Both the position numbers and the translations under genes were made by a program. This document shows, piece after piece, positions 23,170 to 32,880 of a stretch of DNA of 64,000 bases (the first letter of the stretch is position 1; every line of letters starts with the position of its first letter). The notes under the pieces are model-generated. The model worked only from the letters and a program-made list of their open reading frames with translations, was not told the origin of the DNA and made no database searches. The DNA is from Harriotta raleighana (lineage: Eukaryota): contig JBNZDD010013693.1 in the NCBI GenBank assembly GCA_050575255.1, forward strand, positions 4,286,857-4,350,856, written 5' to 3'.

Positions 23170-25110
23170 CGGGGCGCCAGGTGTTCCCTCTCCCCCTCCA
23201 GTATCTCAGGTATTCTCTCCCACGATATTCTCTTCCACCCCCTTTACGTCAGATGTTGCCCCATCTGACATTACTTCCCGGTGTCCCAGGTGTTTGCCAT
23301 CATTCCAGGTGTGTGTCATTCTCTCCCCAACCGCGTTCCAGGTGTGTGTCATTCTCTCGACCCTCCCGTCCCAGGTGTGGGTCATTCACCTCCCCCCCCC
23401 CCCCCCCCCCCCCCCNCCCCCATCCCAGGTGGGTATATTTCCCCCCCCCCTCTACCTCCTACCCAGGTGTGTCTGTCTCCCCCTATCCAGGTGGGCATCA
23501 TTGTCTCCCTTCCCTGTCCCCAGTGTATCCCATCCCCCATCCTAGGTGTGTTTCTCCCCTCGCCTATCCCAGGCATATTTTCATCCCTGTCCTAGGTGTG
23601 TGTTTTTCCCCTCCCTTACCCAAGGTGTGCCTCCCTCTTGGCCCAGGTGTGTCTCCCCTACCCCCAACCCAGGTGTGTCTCTCCCTCTCCCAGGTGTGTC
23701 TTGTTCCCCCCTGCCCCATCTCAGGTGTGTCTCTCCCTCTCCTCTGTCCCAGGTGTGTCTCGTCTCACCCCTCCCAGGTATGTCTCACCCCTCCCAGGTG
23801 TGTCTCACCACCCTGTGGTGTATCCATAGCAGTCCGCATCCCCCCCGCTACCCGTCTCACTTGTGTCCCAGACGTTCTCGACCTTCCCAAATGTTCCGCA
23901 ACCAACCCACCCCATGTCTTGTCCCGTGTCTTGCCCACCCTATGTCCCATGCCTTCTCCCTCACCGCTCCATATCTTCCTCTCCCCCGTCCTGTGTCTTC
24001 CTTTCCAGGTGTTGTCATTCCCCCTGCATTGTCCCAGATGTTATCATAGACCCCATCCCAGCTGTTACCTCACTTCCCAGGTATTGCCACCTCTCCGTCC
24101 CAGGGGTCGTCCCCTCCTGTCCAAGTGGTCGCCTTTGTCCCAGGGGCCTCCCCTCCCTTTACTCTGGAACTCCATCCAGCAATCCTTTCGCCTCCCCCCT
24201 TTCCTCCTTTAAGGCCAGTCTCAAGACTTTCCCCTTTGTGCCTTCTGCTCCTCTCCTAACTATACCCCCTTTTCTACTCTCCTTCCCCCCATACCGACCC
24301 CCCCCCACACCCCGCTCGTATCCCAACCTAACTATTCAGATCCTTGGGACGTCCTCCCGACATGAAAGGCGCTCTATAACTGTAATTTTGTTGTTGTTGT
24401 CCCAGGGGGTCTCCCCTCCCATCCCAGATGTTGCCCCCTCTCCCATCCAAGGTGTTGCCCCCTCACCCGTCCAAGGTGTTGCTTCCCCTCCGTCCTTGGC
24501 ATTGAACCCCCCCCCCCCCATCTCCAGTGTTTCCTCCCCGATCCAGGTGTGTTCCCCCTCCCGCGGTTTCTCCCCCTTCCCAGGTGTTGTCCTCCCCCCC
24601 CCACCCCCACCATGCTAGCTGTTGCCACCATCCCGTCCCAGGTGTTGCTGTTCGGCCCCCCTGTCCAGGTTTTGGGTGTCCCCACCCCGGGGTTGTATCC
24701 TCCCCCATCTCAGCTGCAGTTCCCCCCAATCCAGATGTTGGCCCCATCCCAGGTGTTCCCCACCTGTCCCAGGTGCTGTCCCCCCACCCTCCCAGGTGTG
24801 TCCATTCTCCCCGTCCCAGATGTAGGTTTCTATAGCACTCCCCTCCATTGCTCGTCCGTCCCAGATGTTCTGCCACCACCCCTTGTCCCGTTCCGAGTCT
24901 TGCCCACCTCCTCACGTCCCATGTCTTTTCCCCCCCGTCCCATGTCTTCCTCCCCATCCCAGGTGTTTCCCCCCCTCCATCCCAGGTATTGTCTCCTGCC
25001 CCTCCCCCGGGCATTTCTCTCCCACCCTTCTCATACGCTCTCTTTCTTCTTTCCCATCCCCCACCATCCCATGTGCTCTCTCCCTCACCACACCCCATCC
25101 TAGGTGCTCT
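23170..25110 (+). repeat. C/T-rich degenerate array with recurring CCCAGGTGTGT motifs at the start of ILRUN intron 1
   Basis: Roughly 30 (C/T)nCAGGT(G/A)T motifs separated by pyrimidine tracts. An L2 fragment lies at ~24130-24400. Confidence 0.85.
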
Positions 25111-26276
25111 GCCTGCTCCTTCTCAAGGCATTCTTCCCCTCCCCCCCACACCATTCCCAGTTGCTCTATCCTGATCCCTGTACCCCCATGCAGCAAATTT
25201 CCTTGCCTTTCCTCTCCACGACTCCTTACCATATATGGTGGGAAAGCGCTTCGGGATGCGTGAAAGACACTATAAATGCAAATTGTTGTTGGTGTTTCCT
25301 CATGCTGGGTGCCTTTCCTCCCAGCCCATGCTACTCATCCCAGTAAATGTCCCAGGGTGATTTCTGTGTGCAAGTGAGTTTGAAGTTGAAGTTTGGTGCT
25401 GAAGGTGTTACTTGGTTGAGTGGTGACTTTGAAAGCGATTGATCTCTAGTCTTTTTGACTGCTTCTCTTTGTTAAGAGGAAAATTCTTGGGTTTGGTTTT
25501 TTTTTGAGAGTGGGTTTTGTCAGTGGCTTATTGAAGTGAATTGTAGATAATGCATATGTTTATGACATTTCTTTTCTGGAGAAAACATTACTATCGTATT
25601 TTGCAAGGCTATAGGTATTGGTGAGCGATGGTAATATTCAGGAATGGATAATGTCTTCTGTTTAAAAAGCAATCTGCTCAACTCTACACCCCTTGTAGCG
25701 TTTTACAGTCCTTGGTTATTGGCAGTTGGCCCATATTCTCGTGTGACTAGTTAGTCGGGTTGAAGGTCAGTTTAACATCCTTGTGCAACAACATTAACAA
25801 CAACAAATTACGTTTGTACATTGAGTCTCACGTGAGGAGGACGACCTAAGGCACTGGATAATCAGGGAGGGATATGTACCCGAGCTGGTGATTGGAATCA
25901 GGAGTGGTGGAGGGCGGACAGGGCAGGGAGAAGATGACCGGAGGCATGGTCGAACAGGAACGTTTTGAGGTGTATCTTGAAGTACGCAAGGGAGGTACTT
26001 CAGTCAATTGAGCTCAGAATTTCAAGAACTTGATCTTTATGGAGTTTCGTAATTAATATTCAAGTCTTGTTTTCCTTTGGAAAACTGAATTTAGCAGAAG
26101 CCAGGTCTGCCGATGTGCTATCAGATTATCTAGCAGACATCAGGCCTTGGAGGAGTACAAACTTCCTGCAGCTGAATGTGGACAAGACGGAAGCGTCCTT
26201 GGTTCTCATCAACATCCTCACTCCTGTGGTGTTTGCCATACTGTCAGGCTTGTCAAGCGTGATAGTTTGTTTTGTT

Positions 26277-26392
26277 CTGACGAAGGGTCATGGACCCTTT
26301 CTCCATGGATGCTGCCTGACCTGCTGAGTTTTCCAGCAACTTCTGTTTTTGTTTCAGATTTCCAGCATCTGCAGTATTTTGTGTTTTGTTTC
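26277..26392 (+). mobile_element. Penelope-like terminal repeat remnant (hammerhead core with GAAAC segment deleted)
   Basis: CTGACGA-agggtc-atg-gaccct followed directly by ttctccatggatgctgcctgacctgctgagttttccagca...tttcagatttccagcatctgcagta. Confidence 0.6.
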
Positions 26393-27358
26393 TGACAGTA
26401 TGTTTACCTGTCTGCTTGCCTGTTTCCAGGCAGGCCTGCAGTTACCCTTTTTTTGCTGTCAGTTTTGGATCCTTAATTATTTGGTAATGATCACAATGCT
26501 TAAGGGTGGGGTGATGAAGCTCTTAACTCTTGGACTATTCACTATGTATCTGGGCAAGGTCAGTAAGAGTAACTTGTAAATGCTAATTATAGATGGCACC
26601 TTAGTATCCAAAAGCATTTGTATAGATGATTGAAAGGCACAGCTGTGCGGCTTGTATTTCTATTTCTCTTTCCCCTCCCCCAATTCTTTCCAACAAATAT
26701 TCGTAAATAGTCCATTTACTATTACTACAGAAACGGCAAAATATCCTTATCATTTGGGATAATACAACTTTTAAATCTTTGTATATCATTTGGATCTGAA
26801 AATTCTTGTTTGTGTATCATAGAACATAAAGAACATAAAGCCCGTACTTTCAAAAACATAACAAGAATTTGTAATTATGTTCTGATTTGTTTATGCCATG
26901 ACTTGTTGCTGACCTGCTTTTGAGATGCATCATTCTTGGGTTAGATTCAAATGTCCAAAGTTATTTAATATATATAGTTTCTGATTTACAACCAGAAGGA
27001 AAATACAAATGCTGGCAGTGCAGAGGAAGCAATCTGGTACATGGTCATACCCAAAACATGAACACAATATTCCTAAATGCTATGCTAAGCCACCATTATC
27101 CTACAGGTGGTCTTCAATGTCTTTCTCCCACATCGGAAGTGAGGAGTTGGGGCTTGAGTCAGGAACATGTCTGCTGTATGTTTACCTGTCTGCCATCTGA
27201 ATTTGAGATCTGGTGCTTGACCAGATGTAGATGTTTGAAAATTCAAGAGAAATTAATTGCAATGCAACATACATGTATTGGAACTCCTCTCTATATGTCA
27301 TCCCAATAAACATTGTTTCGATTATACATTGTTGATGAATTAATAAATAGAGAAAATG

Positions 27359-27968
27359 CAGTAAAACCTTGTTTATCTGTGACTTGGTGAACCGGAAAAT
27401 CCGTTCAACCGCTATCTAAAAAAAAAGCCCCGATTCGATTAACTGGAAGTTAAACAGGAGAATAGTGAAGACGCGTTTAATGAATGGATTGTCGCATGCA
27501 AGTACTGGTGCAGTTATATACGTGGCCGCTAGTTGAGCCTAAAGTCGTGCTACTGACATTTTTTTAAAAACTCGTGATACTACCGTTTTTTTAAAAAGTG
27601 CTGTTTTCCTGATTATTTTCCTCCTTTGGCAGCCATTGTAGAAGTTAAGTATAAATAATAAAGTACTAATACAATATTCTATTAATATAGTATCTGTTAT
27701 TAGTATTTTAGTCTATTATTTATATAGTATTGTTCAACATTTACATGTGTATGAGTGTGTTTGTGTGTGTATGCTCATTCTCTCTCTACAAGTCCAGCCT
27801 ATTCAATCAATTCAAAATACCTCGCGAGAAGGCTTCCCCTGGCTGAGGGTTAGTGGCATGCGGATGGCAGCTTCCTGTGTTTGCACAGGGTGGGACCTGG
27901 TAATCTGTTATTACTGTTTAACCGCCATTGGGCAGGTCCTGTGGGTGCTAGATAAACAGGTTTTATTG
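27359..27968. mobile_element. Tigger/pogo-like MITE (TIR CAGTAAAACCTTGTTTATC)
   Basis: Left end cagtaaaaccttgtttatctg; right end gataaacaggttttattg followed by TA. Same TIR family as 61589-61969. Confidence 0.75.
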
Positions 27969-28060
27969 TAATTAGAAAATTGGATTAATTGAAGGAATAT
28001 TAGCTGATTACATTTTATATTAGTTGTTTAGTAAATATATAAATAAGATGACAAATACAA

Positions 28061-28208
28061 TGCGCAATTTGGCTGCCGCATTTCACCCACAAATTTACAG
28101 TCAATTCTCCTACTCTCTTTCCCCCAACCCCTCCCTGCTCTGGTCTCTACCTGACTGTTCAGCGCCTTGGGACGTCCTCCCGACATGAAAGGCACTATAT
28201 AAATGTAA

Positions 28209-28246
<38 letters not shown>
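28061..28246 (+). mobile_element. 5'-truncated retroelement 3' end with (ATTG)n tail
   Basis: SINE-like body gcgcaatttggctgccgc...cagtcaattc fused to the type B L2 tail gcgccttgggacgtcctcccgacatgaaagg, ending in (ATTG)n. Same tail as 30979-31160. Confidence 0.75.
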
Positions 28247-28249
<3 letters not shown>

Positions 28250-28505
28250 TAAGAGAACACCTGCCTCTTGTACGGAACCCAAGAGGTGCCTGACCACATC
28301 AGCCTTCTCCAGTAAGTGTTCTCTTAATTGTATTTTTATCTTATTTATATATTTCTTAAACTTTTATTTTAATTTTCAATACCAGTGGTGTTATTTTTGG
28401 TCTTTATTTAATATTAGTGTAAGAAAATTTAGACCAGAAATGTACTGCAGGAACGTAACCTCTATTGATATCATTAGGGCCTTTGATCATTTAGGTTTTG
28501 CTATA

Positions 28506-29232
28506 CAGGCAGTCCTCTAGTTACGACGTTTCAAGGTACGACAATTCGAAGTTACGACACTTAAAATCAGTAAAATTACGTCCGAGTTACATCCGAGGTT
28601 TTGAAGTTACGACACTACTATGTAAATACTTTAGTTGCCCCACGCGCAATAGAAAACTGGAGTCGCCGCTCTCAACACTTACAGGACCACGATACGCGTT
28701 CAGGACAGGAACAGGATGGAGGCGAAACGCGAGTGTGTACTGTACAGGTACTGTGTGAGTCTGTGAGCTCGGCGGTACAGTACTCTCCAGCCTTTAGACT
28801 GCGCTGCATCACGTGCGATCTGCGTTGCGCTACGTCACGTGTGATCTGCGTTGCGCTACGTCACATGTGATCTCCTGCGTTGTGCTATGTCGCATGTGAT
28901 CTGCGTTGCGCTACATCGCGTGTGATCTCCTGTGTTGCGCTACATCGCGTGTGATCTCCTGTGTTGCGCTACGTTGCGTGTGATCTCCTGTGTTGCACTA
29001 CATCGAGTGCCAGACTCACAATGAAGCCATGTAAGTATAGTAATATTTTATTTTATTTACAGTGCTGTACATATTAGGAGGGGTGCAGGGGAGAGAGGGC
29101 AGCTCACTATACACTACAACCAATCACTGTATGTTACTGTAAGCATTATAGGGGGGTGACTCGACTTACATACAAATTCGACTTACACTACATCTTAGGA
29201 ACCTAACCCTGACGTAACTTGAGGACTGCCTG
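28506..29232. mobile_element. Tigger/pogo-like non-autonomous DNA transposon with TA TSD and internal CpG-rich tandem repeat
   Basis: TA-CAGGCAGTCCTCTAGTTACGAC ... GACGTAACTTGAGGACTGCCTG-TA (22-bp TIR, 2 mismatches). Internal ~27-29-bp repeats gtgtgatctcctgtgttgcgctacatcgc lie at ~28800-29010. Confidence 0.88.
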
Positions 29233-30978
29233 TACGTTGTTTCATTTAAAATCGCACTTTTCAAGAACACATCCCCAACGTTAATTGAGGAGTCCCAGTA
29301 TGTAGCCCAAGTACTAAAAGGAAAGCTTTGAATTACCTGAAATTGACAGCAAGCCAAATTTTAGACCAAATGGATTGTGAATGGATTCAAAAGAATTGGA
29401 AAGGAAGCACAAATTGAAATGGTATTCTTCAAATGTTATTTAAAGTTTGTGTAGTGGAATTTGTTCTAAATTTGACTTCAGGTTCCTTCAAGACACCAGT
29501 GTATGGAATGCTAGGTCTGATGCTCAATACATTCAGGTGAAAGCAAAGATTTGAACCTTTGTTTGTGGAACAGTAAGATGGACTTTTGTGTTGCTTATCT
29601 CTCAGCAATTCTCTGTGTGACAAAAACTAGGTGCAAAAATATAAATACAAGCTTAGATTGAACTACTCAAATGCCTGGTGTACTGGTGCAAAGAGAATGT
29701 GATTTGTGCCCTGAAGTACTGCTCTGCCTGGCTAGGAGTACTGAGATCACCCCAGAGGATTGGCTGAATTCCAATATTCGGTTACTGAACAACAACAACA
29801 ACAAAATTACACTTGTATAGTGCCTTTCATGTTAAGAGGATGTCCCAAGACGCTGGACAGTCACTGCTTCAGACCTGAGCTGGGGACAGGTGTGGGGGAA
29901 GGAAGGGGGGATTAGGAGTTGCCGATGGGACCATTGAAGAGGAGAGTCTTGAGGCAGGACTTGAAGGGGGACGGGGTTAGGCGGAGGGACTGCGGGATGG
30001 AGTTCCAGAGGTTGGGGACCGAATGGCTATAGATTCGCCTGCCAATGGTGGGTCCAGGGACGTGGAGCAAGCCAGAATCTGCTGAATGGAGGGGGTGGGC
30101 AAGTTGGTAAGGAGTTAGAAGATCATGGATGTAGGGTGGGACAAGGTTGTGGAGCTTTAGTTTAGTAAATGTGAGGACCAGGATCTTGAATTGGATTCTC
30201 TGGATGATAGGGAGTCGGCCGAGGATGAGGGAATGGGGTCATGGAGTTTGGAACAGTAGGGGACACGGGCCGCAGAGTTCTGGATTATCTGCAACCTGTG
30301 GAGGGAGAAATGAGTCGAGTGAGCAACCATGGAAGCTGATGTTGGCAGCATCTGATGCTTGAAGGCGCTGGCGCGAACCAATCAATAAGGCCTCTGTCTT
30401 ATTGACTTTCAACTGTAGGAATGATAATGCTCATCCAGGACTTGATGTCTGACAGACAGTCTATCAAGACAGCTGGAGTCCTGGAGTCAAGGGTAGAGGC
30501 AGAGAGATAGAGTTGGACAAGACGGAAGCCATACTGCTTGGCTCCCATCAACGTCTTCACTCCTGTACTACTAAACTCCTCAAATCTCTCTTGAGAAGGA
30601 CTGTCTTCTTCCACCTATACCACATTGCCCACCTCCAACTATACCTTACCCCAAATACAGCCAAAATCCTCATGCGTGCGTTGGTCACCTCCCACTTGGA
30701 TTACTCCAACACACTCTCCGGTTTCCCCAGTTCCACCATTCAATAGCTCCAGCTGCTTCAGAACTTTAGGCCCACAGACTGACCTGGACCAAACTACGTA
30801 CCCACCAGTTCTAGCAAGACTCCACTAGCTCTCCATCCCAGAATGGATCAACTTCTTTATCAACATGTGTTCAAACCCACTCATTCACTGGCACCTTCTG
30901 ACTTCCTCAGTCCACCACCTTGCAACTCCACTTGAGTCACTGGCTTCCTGCTCATCCCTCGTACCTTCTGTCCCACCA

Positions 30979-32049
30979 ATCAATCAATCAAAATCAAAAT
31001 TTTATTTATAAAGCGCCTTTCACGTCGGGAGGACGTCCCAAAGCGCTGTACAGCCAAATAGGGGGGGAGGGTTCAGGGAAAGGAGTAGGAAAAATTGACT
31101 GTATATTTGTGGGCGAAACGCGGCAGCAAATTGCGCACAGCAGTGTCCCACAAACACACACAGAAATGGGGGGAAAAAATGGCAAGGGGGAGAAATGGAG
31201 GGAAAAGCGGGGTGGGGTAAAATCAGGGAAGAAAAGGGGGGGGAGAAAGGGGGACAAGGGGGAAATCAGGGAGGGCAAAGAGGGAGAAATGTTGGCAAGT
31301 GGGAAGAGGGAGGGAAGGATGGGTAGGAGGCAAAACCAGGGAGAAAGGGGGGTAAGGGGGAAGAGGGAGGAAAGGGAGAGAGGGAAGGAGAAGAACAAAA
31401 AGGGGGAAAATCAGGGGGCAGGGGGAGTTTAAACAACAACAAACAACATCAACAATAATAAACAAAAAAGTAAACAACAATCAACAACAATAAACAAACA
31501 CAACAACAACACCCAACGACTGTCCAGCCACCGCTCCCTGTCCTCGCCGCCCGCCTGGACCATCTCAAAAAAGGCGGGAACCAGGCCATCGATGGCACTC
31601 GCCGATCTCCCTCTTCCCCACTGGGACGCCGGGTGCTCCCGGCCCTCCTCCTCCCGCTCCACCGCACACATCAGTCATCCGCCCAGGCCCGTGTCCTCGA
31701 TTCTCAGGCCACTGACCCCGCCACTCAGGCCTGTGTCCCCGCTGCTCCAGCTCCACGGCCGCCGGTCCCTGGGTCGAGTCACCGGGCCTGTGCGGCTCCG
31801 GCTCAGCCACAGTCCGACTCCATACTCGACTCCCATCTCTAGCTCCAGCCGCAGCCCAGGCCAGGCCGAGCCGGCCCCCTGCTCCCAGCCGGGGATGGCA
31901 ACTCCCGTGGTGTGCGACCGACCGACCCCCGAGCCCCCCGCAGACACACGGGGCGCAGCCCAGCTTCCCGCGCTCGCGACTGGTGATCATGGTGATGGTA
32001 GTGGCGGCCGCTCCTAACCCTCCTGTACCGCCACCGCCATCTTTCTATA
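30979..32049 (-). mobile_element. Composite non-autonomous retroelement: YY1/CpG-rich 5' region, TG- and CT-rich spacers, SINE-like body and L2-type tail
   Basis: It interrupts an older plus-strand L2 (tcccacca|insert|ttggaggccgagctttcagcc...ctctggaac). The minus strand begins TATAGAAAGATGGCGG and ends ...gggacgtcctcccgacgtgaaaggcgctttataaataaaattttgattttgattgattgattg. Confidence 0.7.
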
Positions 32050-32880
32050 TTTGGAGGCCGAGCTTTCAGCCAATACTCTACAAAACTCTGGAACACTCTC
32101 CGTCAATCCTCCTGCCTTGCTCCTCTCCCCCCTTTTCAGGGGGAGTGCTACATAAGTGCAAGTTGTTAATGTTGGGGCTAAGCAAGTCATCTTGGAGCAA
32201 GCTTCGTTCCAAGAAGACCCTGCTTTTTTATTCCAACCGGAGAATAATCTGGAAAGAAATTTTAAGATTGCCATAATTTCCTGGAATAATACTGATTCCT
32301 TTGCAGCTTGGTTATCCATGAATGCCTGAGATAGTGTTAACACAATTGGTTAAGAAAATCAGGGGAATATCCAAAATGATTGCAGCTTCAATAAGAACTA
32401 AAACATCACCTATTGTAATTGCACTTGTATACTATCACCTGCAAGGTGGGAGAAGAGACTATCAGATGAGACGTTGTGGAGATGCTGAGACAGGTTGAAG
32501 TGAAACCAGGAAAGTGCAGAGCCAGGGAGCAGAGACAGTGAAGAAGAATTGAATTGAATTGTGGCAAAAGCAGTAGGGTGATCCAGGATAAGGAAGCACA
32601 GAAAGCCCTGGTTGGAAACAGAAGATATCGTTTGAGACCATGCTATTGCCAACTTTAACACAGGAAGAAAATTGACCAATGTACTAATAATTTTCTTTGG
32701 ATCCCTCCAAAATCAAGTAGTATGCATATATTTTAAAATAGTGGGATGGATAAGGTAGCATTCAGCACAATAATGCACCCTTTAGTTTCTTCTGCTACTT
32801 TTCAGACCATTGTATAGTCAGTGGTCCATTTGATTCCCAAACTTACTGAAGGAATTTTTATTTATTTTTTTGAATCAGTT

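Noticed and set aside
23045-25263. Many overlapping Pro/Cys-rich ORFs up to 343 aa
   Set aside because: They come from low-complexity C-rich intronic repeat that lacks stop codons in several frames.
31565-32276. GC-rich ORFs as a nested gene or LINE ORF1
   Set aside because: ORFs occur on both strands with no recognisable domain, as expected for GC-rich sequence. The block is better explained as a retroelement 5' region.
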